Source of the DNA: Paludibacteraceae bacterium
GTDB taxonomy: Bacteria; Bacteroidota; Bacteroidia; Bacteroidales; Paludibacteraceae
DNA length: 64,000 nucleotides
NCBI GenBank assembly: GCA_017439235.1
Contig: JAFSJN010000005.1
Coordinates: forward strand, 3,066 to 67,065
Direction: 5' to 3'
Shown here: positions 36,485 through 45,215 of the stretch, in pieces
Layout of the letters: every line of letters begins with the position of its first letter
Position numbering within the stretch: position 1 is the first letter of the stretch
Program-made: the position numbers and the translations under genes
The notes under the pieces: model-generated
What the model was told of the DNA's origin: nothing
Database searches by the model: none
The model's input: only the letters and a program-made list of their open reading frames with translations

Positions 36485-36925
36485 TTATTCTCCTAAAAAG
36501 ATTACTTCTATACCGGCGCGTTGCAATAACTCCACACCATCCATGATGCGGTATTTCTCACCATATACGACGCGTTTGATACCACTTTGAATAATCAGTT
36601 TGGAACACTCCATGCAGGGACTGGTAGTGACGTACAGGGTTGCTCCGTCTGACGAGTTATTGGAACGGGCAACTTTGGTAATAGCATTGGCTTCGGCATG
36701 CAACACGTACGGGAAGGAAACGTTATTCTCGTCCTCGCACACGTTAGGGAAGCCGCTGGGGGTACCATTATAGCCATCTGAGATAATCATTTGATGCTTG
36801 ACCAATAAAGCACCTACTTTACGGCGCACACAATAGCTATTCTCTGACCATGTGCGGGCCATCTTCATATACAAATGATCACGTTTGGTTTGTTTGTCCA
36901 TATTATTATACATTGATGATTTCAA
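36485..36925 (-). CDS. Deoxycytidylate (dCMP) deaminase
   Basis: 146 aa. HAEANAI and PCMECSKLI zinc-binding motifs. Confidence 0.92.
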   Translation of the reverse strand: MKSSMYNNMDKQTKRDHLYMKMARTWSENSYCVRRKVGALLVKHQMIISDGYNGTPSGFPNVCEDENNVSFPYVLHAEANAITKVARSNNSSDGATLYVTTSPCMECSKLIIQSGIKRVVYGEKYRIMDGVELLQRAGIEVIFLGE

Positions 36926-36933
36926 TTGATAAT

Positions 36934-38967
36934 TTATGCTCTGATAATGTCTAATCGATTCTCCATTGCGAGCAGTTCGTCGCGTAGCAGAGCTGCTGAA
37001 TGAAAGTCCAGATTTTTGGCAGCCTCCAGCATGCGTTTGCGTTGTTGTTCGACCGCTTTATCCAAATCGCGTGCATTCATCTTCTGCCAGTCGGCTTGTT
37101 TCCAACTCTCGCGAATCTTATCCTCCATCTGTTGACGTTCTGTCTCGGCATTATGGTATAAGGCTGCCAGCGGGTTCGAGTCTAAACTCTTCTTTACAGC
37201 GTGCGGTGTAATATGGTGTGCCTCGTTGTAAGCCATTTGTTTAGCGCGTCGACGATTGGTCTCGTCTATGGTCATCTGCATGGAGCGCGTAATCTTATCG
37301 CCGTACATGATTACTTTTCCTTCGATGTGTCTGGCTGCACGTCCTGCTGTTTGTGTGAGACTGCGGTGATCGCGCAGGAAACCCTCTTTATCTGCATCCA
37401 GAATGGCCACCAGACTAACTTCGGGCAAATCCAAACCTTCGCGCAAGAGGTTGACACCCACTAAGACATCGTATAACCCTTTACGTAGGTCATCCATAAT
37501 TTTGACGCGTTCGATAGTGTCGATATCGGAATGGATATAGGCAGAGCGGATGCCGTATTTGCGCAGGTATTCGTCCAGCTCTTCCGCCATACGTTTGGTA
37601 AGGGTGGTGACGAGTACGCGTTGTTCTTTTTCAATGCGCTGCTGTATTTCTTCCATCAAGTCGTCTACCTGATGGAGGGTGGGGCGAACTTCTATCTCAG
37701 GATCGAGGAGTCCGGTAGGTCGAATAACTTGGTCAACTACGATGCCTTCGGATTGCTCCAATTCGTATTCGGCAGGGGTGGCACTCAAGTAGATGGTCTG
37801 GCCAATTTTTTGTTCCCATTCTTCAAAGGTCAGCGGACGATTGTCGCGTGCGGCAGGCAGACGGAATCCGTAGTTAACGAGGTTGTCTTTGCGGGCCCGG
37901 TCGCCTCCGTACATGGCGTGTATCTGAGGAACAGTAACATGACTCTCGTCTACAACCACCAACATATCTTTAGGAAAATAATCCAACAGGCAGTAAGGTG
38001 GTGTGCCGGGGGCACGTCCGTCAAAGTACCGCGAGTAGTTCTCAACACCGGAGCAGTAGCCTAACTCCTCAATCATCTCTAAATCGTATTTGACGCGCTC
38101 TTCGATACGCTTGGCGTATAGTTCTTCGCCTATCTCCTGAAAGTGCATCACCTGGTTGGCTAAGTCCAATTTGATTTGTCCCATCGCCGTTTGGATGCGT
38201 TCGGGAGAGGTGCAGAAGATAGTAGCAGGATAAATATTGATGTGTTCGTATTCTTCTTCTATCTCCATAGTAGCGGGATTGAGACGCAGGATGGAATCCA
38301 CTTCGTTACCGAAGAACTCGATACGAATGACCTCATCGCTATAGGCCAGGTTGATGTCAACGGTATCCCCTTTGACACGGAAACGTCCTCGTACAAAGTC
38401 GATATCGTTGCGCACATACTGGGCATCTACCAATCCGCGCAGCAGACTATCCATCGGCATTACCTGACCATGGATGATAGATAGACACGAACCAGAAAAG
38501 TCTTGCGGACTGCCGATGCCGTACAGGCAACTGACCGATGAGACGACGATGACATCTTTGCGACCAGAGAGCAGAGCCGCTGTGGCACGTAAGCGTAGAC
38601 GATCGATTTCTTCGTTGATGCTCAAGTCTTTTTCTATATAGGTATCCGTGGATGGGATATAGGCTTCCGGTTGGTAATAATCGTAATAGGAGACGAAATA
38701 TTCTACCGCGTTGTGAGGGAAGAACGTCTTCATCTCGGTATAGAGTTGTGCCGCCAGGGTTTTGTTGTGGCTCAAGATTAGCGTGGGGCGATTGAGCGAT
38801 GCGATGACGTTGGCGATCGTGAAGGTCTTGCCGGAACCTGTAACGCCCAAGAGCGTCTGAGCTTTTGCTCCCGCACGTACTCCTTCCGTCAGTTGACGGA
38901 TAGCCTCAGGTTGGTCGCCTGTAGGCTGAAAAGATGATATGAGTTCAAAGCGATCCGTACTAACTAT
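36934..38967 (-). CDS. uvrB: Excinuclease ABC subunit B
   Basis: The track ORF starts at an internal TTG (38850). However, the conserved UvrB N-terminus FELISSFQPTGDQPEAIRQLTEGV...LLGVTGSGKTF continues in frame upstream to a TAA at 38973-38971. The only start-like codon in that interval is ATA (38967-38965). The C-terminal UVR domain is present. Confidence 0.85.
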   Translation of the reverse strand: MVSTDRFELISSFQPTGDQPEAIRQLTEGVRAGAKAQTLLGVTGSGKTFTIANVIASLNRPTLILSHNKTLAAQLYTEMKTFFPHNAVEYFVSYYDYYQPEAYIPSTDTYIEKDLSINEEIDRLRLRATAALLSGRKDVIVVSSVSCLYGIGSPQDFSGSCLSIIHGQVMPMDSLLRGLVDAQYVRNDIDFVRGRFRVKGDTVDINLAYSDEVIRIEFFGNEVDSILRLNPATMEIEEEYEHINIYPATIFCTSPERIQTAMGQIKLDLANQVMHFQEIGEELYAKRIEERVKYDLEMIEELGYCSGVENYSRYFDGRAPGTPPYCLLDYFPKDMLVVVDESHVTVPQIHAMYGGDRARKDNLVNYGFRLPAARDNRPLTFEEWEQKIGQTIYLSATPAEYELEQSEGIVVDQVIRPTGLLDPEIEVRPTLHQVDDLMEEIQQRIEKEQRVLVTTLTKRMAEELDEYLRKYGIRSAYIHSDIDTIERVKIMDDLRKGLYDVLVGVNLLREGLDLPEVSLVAILDADKEGFLRDHRSLTQTAGRAARHIEGKVIMYGDKITRSMQMTIDETNRRRAKQMAYNEAHHITPHAVKKSLDSNPLAALYHNAETERQQMEDKIRESWKQADWQKMNARDLDKAVEQQRKRMLEAAKNLDFHSAALLRDELLAMENRLDIIRA

Positions 38968-38972
38968 TGCTT

Positions 38973-38997
38973 ACTACTATATGGACTATATAGTAGT
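38973..38997 (-). promoter_or_regulatory. Perfect 10-bp palindrome in the uvrB 5' leader
   Basis: actactatat (38973-38982) / atatagtagt (38988-38997) with a 5-nt spacer. It lies between the predicted transcription start (~39002) and the coding region. Confidence 0.4.
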
Positions 38998-39007
38998 GAT
39001 TCGGGTA

Positions 39008-39039
39008 CAAAGGTATAAAAAAAAATGCACTCGTGCAAA
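39008..39039 (-). promoter_or_regulatory. Promoter for uvrB
   Basis: caaaggta at 39008-39015 and caaa at 39036-39039, 20-nt spacer. Confidence 0.7.
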
Positions 39040-39054
39040 TAAATCCATTAAAAA

Positions 39055-39086
39055 TTTGCGTATATCAAAATATTTTTATACTTTTG
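39055..39086 (+). promoter_or_regulatory. Promoter for secG
   Basis: TTTG at 39055-39058 and TACTTTTG at 39079-39086, 20-nt spacer. Confidence 0.7.
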
Positions 39087-39127
39087 CAGGCTCAAAAGAA
39101 TATTTAATGAAATAAAATATAGAGACT

Positions 39128-39466
39128 ATGTACATTTTCTTTACGATCATCATTGTGATGGCAGCCATCCTGTTGATATTGCTGGTGCTGATTCAGAACA
39201 GCAAGGGTGGTGGTTTAGCCGCAGGTTTTGCTAGCGGTAATCAGGTAATGGGTGCGCCTAAGACGGCTGACTTCTTAGAGAAAGCCAGTTGGACTTTAGC
39301 TGGCATTATCGTGGTATTGTCGGTATTCGCTGTCGGTTTCAGCCGCGCCAATCAGGACGCTGTTCGTGGTGACAGTGCTATTACCGAGCAGGTAGAAGCT
39401 GCTGCTGAGGCTCTGCCTCAGGTGGCTCAGCCGGCTGCTGATTTCTCGGCAGAAGACGCAGAGTAA
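39128..39466 (+). CDS. secG: Preprotein translocase subunit SecG
   Basis: 112 aa. LLILLVLIQNSKGGGLAAGF is the SecG signature, and a second TM helix is present. Confidence 0.9.
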   Translation: MYIFFTIIIVMAAILLILLVLIQNSKGGGLAAGFASGNQVMGAPKTADFLEKASWTLAGIIVVLSVFAVGFSRANQDAVRGDSAITEQVEAAAEALPQVAQPAADFSAEDAE

Positions 39467-40207
39467 TCACCAGCTATGGCGGAACAGACCGCCAATCAGG
39501 CAAACGAGCATATACCAGGGGTAAATCAACTCTAAGAGTAATGCTATCCAAAGAGAGACGGAAGAGTCTCTCTTTTTTATAAGTGCATATTCTATCGGAA
39601 ACTTAATAAGGATGATAGGCAGAAAAAGGAGTTGGAGCATATTGGCGGCCAATATAATGGCGCCATATTGACGTATCAGCGGGTCACGGTAGTGTGGCGC
39701 TTTGCCTGCCCAGCGCATGCGTTGACGCAAGAGGGCGCGCCAATCGGTGAGGGCGGTAACGGTAGCGGTATATGCCGGGGCATCCTTGCAGGCGATACGT
39801 AAGCCGCGCCGACGAAAACTCTCCAATAGAAACATGTCATCGCCTGATGGGATTTCGGGATGCAGGTCTTGGTACGATTCCAACCAACGCTCGCGTCGCA
39901 CAATCATATTTGCTCCCGAACAGAGGACTGCTTTGCCGCGCAGGGCGGTAGACATCGTCACCTCTTGTATGGCTGCATATTCAGCTATCTGCAAGCGCTC
40001 GAGTAGCGAGTCGCCGCCGGTCATGCGTAAGGGTAGAATGAGCAGGTCGGCATCGGTCTCGGGTGCCATAGTCGGCACTATTACATCATCATCCGTCAGC
40101 CATACATATTCTGTCGTGGCGGCAGAGATGAGTTGATGGAGTGCAAATTTCTTACCACGCCCTTGGTCGTTGATGCCTCGTTGCGGTATTATTCGTGTAA
40201 TTTGCAT
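39467..40207 (-). CDS. Glycosyltransferase family 2-like protein, short at the N-terminus
   Basis: 246 aa. A DxD-type LTDDDV motif sits at aa 38-43, much closer to the N-terminus than I expect for GT2. SGANM and QRMRWA motifs and C-terminal TM helices are present. An in-frame TAA 27 nt upstream of the ATG prevents extension. Confidence 0.7.
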   Translation of the reverse strand: MQITRIIPQRGINDQGRGKKFALHQLISAATTEYVWLTDDDVIVPTMAPETDADLLILPLRMTGGDSLLERLQIAEYAAIQEVTMSTALRGKAVLCSGANMIVRRERWLESYQDLHPEIPSGDDMFLLESFRRRGLRIACKDAPAYTATVTALTDWRALLRQRMRWAGKAPHYRDPLIRQYGAIILAANMLQLLFLPIILIKFPIEYALIKKRDSSVSLWIALLLELIYPWYMLVCLIGGLFRHSW

Positions 40208-41238
40208 AGTTGTTGCATAAAGAGGGGATACGACTTATTCACGCATGCGGTATCATCTACCTGATAGCCTGCTATCATAGCGGCCATAGCGATGCGGTGG
40301 TCTTGATAAGTTTGAACTATTTGCGTAGGAGGAGTGTTCAGTAGTGCGTCCACGGTCTTGAGGCGGTTACTCTCCTTATACTTCAAACCCTCGCCATTCA
40401 CAATACGGAGGGGGTGTCCCAACTTAGCTGCCGTGACAGCCAAGGCCGGATAGAGGTCGGGATAGAGTTGACAATCCAATAGTAATTCTGGGCGTTGTTC
40501 GTTGGATGCAATACCTTTTAAGATGGCACCTTGCGGTGTGTATTCCGTCTGCACACCTAAAGGCAGGAAGTAATCGGCGGCGATGCGATCGCCTTGCCGG
40601 CTGTCGGCTGTCAGATCCGTTAAGAGTAACTCGCCTCCGAATAATGCTACATGTTCGTACCAAAAGGCAGCACTGCTCCAATCGCGTTCGGGGACAATCG
40701 TCTTGCCTTCAACGCAGTAGTCATACAGCATGCGGCGTGTCAGGTCGATATAGGGAGACTGTTGTTTGGTGGTGACACGCAGGCCGGCTAAAAGGAGTGC
40801 GGACACAAACTGCGATGATACCGAGCGCGGCATATAGTATGGCTCGGCTTGAATAGGCAGCAGTCGTCCGCGGATATGCAGAGGCGGAAAGCCATTACAG
40901 TCCATATACTCTATGTCGGCCCCCAATAGCCCCAAGGCTTCTACCAGCGGACAGATAGGTCGTTGCCGCATGCGCTCGGAGCCGTCTACGATTACTTCTA
41001 TGCCTTCGGTAGAGGCACAATAGGCTGTGAGAAAACGCATCGCCGTTCCGCAGTTGTCTACATTAACGGAGCAACAGGTATCGCCGGCTGCGGCTATCTG
41101 AGTCAATGCACGGTGCATAACCACCACATCATCCGGCATATCGGAGGTGAGGGGTAGGAGTGCATCGCCACATTTGGCTTGGATGATGAGCAGGCGATTA
41201 GCCATGCTTTTAGAGAGAGGAAGGTCGATACGGATCAT
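40189..41238 (-). CDS. aroA: EPSP synthase family protein (compact 3-phosphoshikimate 1-carboxyvinyltransferase-like)
   Basis: 349 aa. LPLSKSMANR, GTAMRF, RMRQRP, SVSSQF, DWSSA, KYKESNR, DHRIAMA and NKSYP align with the catalytic positions of E. coli AroA as I recall them. The loops are shortened, making it about 70-80 aa shorter than usual. Confidence 0.7.
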   Translation of the reverse strand: MIRIDLPLSKSMANRLLIIQAKCGDALLPLTSDMPDDVVVMHRALTQIAAAGDTCCSVNVDNCGTAMRFLTAYCASTEGIEVIVDGSERMRQRPICPLVEALGLLGADIEYMDCNGFPPLHIRGRLLPIQAEPYYMPRSVSSQFVSALLLAGLRVTTKQQSPYIDLTRRMLYDYCVEGKTIVPERDWSSAAFWYEHVALFGGELLLTDLTADSRQGDRIAADYFLPLGVQTEYTPQGAILKGIASNEQRPELLLDCQLYPDLYPALAVTAAKLGHPLRIVNGEGLKYKESNRLKTVDALLNTPPTQIVQTYQDHRIAMAAMIAGYQVDDTACVNKSYPLFMQQLCKLHE

Positions 41239-42515
41239 AGAGTTTCCTCCTCCGGAGTAGGGGTGAGCAGGAATAGTCGGTCGCCGCGACGAACGACACG
41301 ATCGGTACGTAGGGCAAAGAGTTGTCCTTGAGGGACAGTATGTACGCTCTTGCCTGCCTCGTCATGCAGGTCGTTCGCCACCAATTCGTAAGCGCCTGTC
41401 GTCTCGCCGGTGATGAGCAGTTCATCGCCTTCGCTGAGACTGGGAACGGCTTCCAGACTGAACTCGGCTACCGAGAGATTCTTGAAGAAGTTGGTGCACC
41501 GTCCGACGTAGTTCTTGCGACGTGTAGCCCGTGAGCCATAATGATGTGTCCATTCGCCGAGGCGCTGCCCTTGGTAGTAACCATCCCAGAAACCGCGATT
41601 GAATACTCGTGCCAAGCGTTTATCCCACTCGGCGATACGAGCGTCTATCTCGGGCTGAGCATATTCGCCTTGTTGCCACGCTTCCACCGCTTCGCGATAA
41701 CACTCGACGACGGTCTTCACATAGTCGGCTCCGCGAGCGCGACCTTCGATTTTGAGTACCGACACACCGGCATCGAGTAGTTTATTAAGGAAATGAATCG
41801 TCTTCAGGTCCTTGGGCGACATTATATATTGGTTGTCGACCTCCAGTTCCAGTTCCGACTCTTTATCTTTGACAATATATCCGCGTCGGCACACTTGCAT
41901 GCAGGCGCCTCTATTGGCAGAAGAGCCGAGGTTATTCAGACTCAGGTAGCATTTTCCGCTGACGGCCATACACAGGGCGCCGTGGCAAAACATCTCGATA
42001 CGTATGAGTTCGCCTTTGGGACCGCATATCTGTTGCTCCACTATGTCGCGATGAATAGCAGCTACCTGTTCCATATTCAGTTCGCGGGCCAGCACGACAA
42101 CATCGGCGTAGCGGGCATAGAAGCGCAGGGCTTCGGTATTGGCAATATTGAGTTGGGTAGACAGGTGCACCTCTACGCCTACTGAGCGGGCATATTCCAG
42201 TACAGCTATGTCTGCAGCGATAATAGCATCCAATCCGGCTTGTCGGGCATTATCCACTATCTCCCGCATCAGGGGGAGGTCTTCGGGATACATGACCGTA
42301 TTCAGGGTCAGATAGGTGCGTACACCGGCTTGGCGACAGATTGCGACAATGCGATGCAGGTCATCGGTAGTGAAGTTCGCCGATGAGCGCGCGCGCATAT
42401 TCAGGTGCTCGATACCGAAATAGATGCTGGTAGCACCAGCCTCCAAGGCGGCCGCCAGACTCTCCCACGAGCCTACCGGGGCCATTATCTCAATATTTGA
42501 GACGGGGGAAGTCAA
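41235..42515 (-). CDS. Peptidase U32 family protein (PrtC-like)
   Basis: 426 aa. U32-type N-terminal barrel ([24 protein letters not shown]) and Cys-containing central motifs. ATGA overlaps at both ends. Confidence 0.85.
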   Translation of the reverse strand: MTSPVSNIEIMAPVGSWESLAAALEAGATSIYFGIEHLNMRARSSANFTTDDLHRIVAICRQAGVRTYLTLNTVMYPEDLPLMREIVDNARQAGLDAIIAADIAVLEYARSVGVEVHLSTQLNIANTEALRFYARYADVVVLARELNMEQVAAIHRDIVEQQICGPKGELIRIEMFCHGALCMAVSGKCYLSLNNLGSSANRGACMQVCRRGYIVKDKESELELEVDNQYIMSPKDLKTIHFLNKLLDAGVSVLKIEGRARGADYVKTVVECYREAVEAWQQGEYAQPEIDARIAEWDKRLARVFNRGFWDGYYQGQRLGEWTHHYGSRATRRKNYVGRCTNFFKNLSVAEFSLEAVPSLSEGDELLITGETTGAYELVANDLHDEAGKSVHTVPQGQLFALRTDRVVRRGDRLFLLTPTPEEETL

Positions 42516-43534
42516 CTTTTTGCAGTTTGGTGAATCAAGTATTCGGCTATCTGCACGGCGTTGAGGGCAGCGCCTTTGCGAATCTGGTCACTCACGCACC
42601 AGAAACTCAGTCCGTTCTCGTTAGACAGGTCTTTGCGTACGCGCCCGATGAAGACCTCGTCTTTGCCACTTAAGAAGAGGGGCATAGGGTAGGTCTTGGT
42701 CTCAGGATCGTCCATGAGCACGCAACCCTGTGCGGCAGCAAATGCTTCTTTAGCCTGCTCTACAGAAAGGGGCTGCTCTGTCTCTACCCACACGCTCTCG
42801 CTATGAGCGCGGAGGGAAGGAACGCGAACACAGGTGGCGCTTACTTTGACATCGGAGTGCATGATTTTGCGTGTCTCATTGTACATCTTCATCTCCTCTT
42901 TGGTGTAGCCATTGTCGGTGAATACATCAATATGGGGGATGAGGTTGTATGCCAACTGATAGGCGAACTTATTGACCGTCACTTCTTCGCCATTGAGTAT
43001 CTGGCGATACTGTGTCTCCAGTTCTTTCATCGCCTGTGCACCGGCTCCGGAGGCAGCCTGATAGGTGGATACGTGTACGCGGCGGATATGACTGACGTGT
43101 TCGATGGCCTGTAAGGCTACTACCATCTGGATGGTGGTGCAGTTAGGATTGGCAATGATGTTACGCGGAGTGAGAAGAGCATCTGAGGCATTCACTTCAG
43201 GTACCACCAAGGGCACATCATCGTCCATGCGGAAGGCGGACGAGTTGTCTATCATCAGAGCACCGAAGCGTGTGATGTCTTCGGCATATTCGCGCGATAC
43301 ACCGGCCCCTGCGCTGGTGAAGACCAGATCTACACCGCGAAAGAGATCACCATGACGGAGCAATTCGACGGTATAGGTCTTGCCGTTGAAGGTATACGTT
43401 GTACCGGCACTACGTTCAGAACCGAATAGACGCAAACCGCTCATGGGGAATTGACGTTCAGCCAATACCTTGAGCAGTTCTTGTCCTACGGCGCCGGATG
43501 CTCCGACGATAGCTATGTTGGGGAATTTTACCAT
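42512..43534 (-). CDS. asd: Aspartate-semialdehyde dehydrogenase
   Basis: 340 aa. [10 protein letters not shown] Rossmann motif, NPNCTT active-site Cys, and SGAG. Confidence 0.95.
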   Translation of the reverse strand: MVKFPNIAIVGASGAVGQELLKVLAERQFPMSGLRLFGSERSAGTTYTFNGKTYTVELLRHGDLFRGVDLVFTSAGAGVSREYAEDITRFGALMIDNSSAFRMDDDVPLVVPEVNASDALLTPRNIIANPNCTTIQMVVALQAIEHVSHIRRVHVSTYQAASGAGAQAMKELETQYRQILNGEEVTVNKFAYQLAYNLIPHIDVFTDNGYTKEEMKMYNETRKIMHSDVKVSATCVRVPSLRAHSESVWVETEQPLSVEQAKEAFAAAQGCVLMDDPETKTYPMPLFLSGKDEVFIGRVRKDLSNENGLSFWCVSDQIRKGAALNAVQIAEYLIHQTAKS

Positions 43535-44781
43535 TTCTTAAACAGCAGGCATACGTTCTGACCGCCGAACCCGAAGGAGTTGGAGAGAGCATAACGCAGG
43601 TCGCGTTGTTGTGCTTTGTTAAAGGTGAAGTTGAGACGATAGTCGATATTCTCGTCTTCATCGCCGTCCTCATGGTTGATAGTAGGCGGCACAATACCAT
43701 CTTTTACTGCCATGACGGTAGCTACAGCTTCTACGGCACCCGAGGCACCCATCATGTGTCCGGTCATGGACTTAGTAGACGATATATTCAAGCGGTAGGC
43801 ATCTTCGCCCCATACGCTCTGTATGGCCTTAAGTTCGCAGATGTCTCCTAAGGGAGTAGAGGTGCCGTGTGCGTTGATATAATCTACCTTATCGGGCGTT
43901 ATATCGGCATCGTTCATTGCCTCCTTCATCACGCGTGCAGCACCGCGACCTTCGGAGTCGGGAGCGGTCATGTGGAAAGCATCGGCATTCATACCTGCGC
44001 CGACCATTTCGGCATATATCTTAGCTCCGCGAGCTTTAGCGTGCTCCAACTCTTCCAATATCAGGCAGGCAGCACCTTCGCCCAATACAAAGCCGTCGCG
44101 TGACTTACTGAAGGGACGGGAAGCAGTCTCGGGACTATCGTTGCGGGTAGAGAGGGCGTGCATCGAGTTGAAGCCACCGATACCCGAATAGGTAATGTCG
44201 GCATCGCTACCGCCGGTAACGATAATGTCGGCGCGTCCTAAGCGGATGGCGTCAAAAGCCGAAGCGATAGCATGTCCGGAAGACGAGCAAGCCGAAGCTA
44301 CGCCGTAGTTAATACCTTTTAAACCAAAGGTGAGGGATATATGTCCTGCACCCATGTTGATAATAGCTTTAGGGATATAGAAGGGGCTGAAACGCGGTGT
44401 TCCGTCCCCTGCACCGAAGGGCATTAGGTCTTCTTCTATACCGTGCAGTCCGCCCATACCGCTGGCCCATATAGAACCGATACGTTCCAAGTTTTCCTGC
44501 TCCAGGTCTAAGCCTGCATCTTTAATGGCCTCATTGGCTGTCCATACGGCAAAATGGGCGAAGCGGTCCATCTTGCGTGCTTCTTTGCGGTCCAATAAGG
44601 AGGATATATCAAAGTCTTTCACTTCGCAAGCAAAGTGCGTCTTGTATTTTTCTGAATCAAAGGATGTAATAGGTGCGCATCCGCTCTTCCCCTGCTTCAT
44701 AGCCTCCCACATACTCTTTACATCGTTTCCCACGGGTGTCAAGGCACCCAACCCGGTCACTACAACTCTTTTCAATTCCAT
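43528..44781 (-). CDS. fabF: Beta-ketoacyl-ACP synthase II
   Basis: Start trimmed to [12 protein letters not shown] (ATG 44781). [10 protein letters not shown] (active-site Cys), HGTSTPLGD and NSFGFGGQN motifs. Confidence 0.95.
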   Translation of the reverse strand: MELKRVVVTGLGALTPVGNDVKSMWEAMKQGKSGCAPITSFDSEKYKTHFACEVKDFDISSLLDRKEARKMDRFAHFAVWTANEAIKDAGLDLEQENLERIGSIWASGMGGLHGIEEDLMPFGAGDGTPRFSPFYIPKAIINMGAGHISLTFGLKGINYGVASACSSSGHAIASAFDAIRLGRADIIVTGGSDADITYSGIGGFNSMHALSTRNDSPETASRPFSKSRDGFVLGEGAACLILEELEHAKARGAKIYAEMVGAGMNADAFHMTAPDSEGRGAARVMKEAMNDADITPDKVDYINAHGTSTPLGDICELKAIQSVWGEDAYRLNISSTKSMTGHMMGASGAVEAVATVMAVKDGIVPPTINHEDGDEDENIDYRLNFTFNKAQQRDLRYALSNSFGFGGQNVCLLFKKW

Positions 44782-44849
44782 AATAGTAAGTATAAAGTAC
44801 GAGCCCACAGGTATAGCCGCAGACTCGTACAAAACAATTTCAAATTTGT

Positions 44850-45086
44850 TTAACCAATTGCTTTCTCCAAGTATGCAATAGCATCACCAACGGTCGAGAT
44901 CTTCTGTGTATCCTCATCGGGAATAGTAATGTCGAACTCTTTCTCAAACTCCATAATCAACTCAACAGTGTCCAACGAGTCTGCATTCAGATCAGCCGAG
45001 AAACTAGCTTCATTGGTAACTTGTGCCTCATCCACGCCCAATTTTTCAACGATGATGGCTTTAACTTTCGATTCAATTTCTGACAT
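44850..45086 (-). CDS. acpP: Acyl carrier protein
   Basis: 78 aa. [16 protein letters not shown] carries the phosphopantetheine-attachment Ser. Confidence 0.96.
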   Translation of the reverse strand: MSEIESKVKAIIVEKLGVDEAQVTNEASFSADLNADSLDTVELIMEFEKEFDITIPDEDTQKISTVGDAIAYLEKAIG

Positions 45087-45148
45087 AATAGTATTGTTTT
45101 AAGTTAATATTTTATATTCTTTTTTCGCTTCTATTTCAAAAACGGGTG

Positions 45149-45180
45149 CAAAGTAACAAATTTTTTTTTGAATATGCAAA
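45149..45180 (-). promoter_or_regulatory. Promoter for acpP-fabF (imperfect -7 box)
   Basis: caaagtaa at 45149-45156 (reverse complement TTACTTTG, one mismatch to TAnnTTTG) and caaa at 45177-45180, 20-nt spacer. Confidence 0.5.
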
Positions 45181-45215
45181 TTTTTTAACAATATTCATTG
45201 TTTTTACTCCATATT

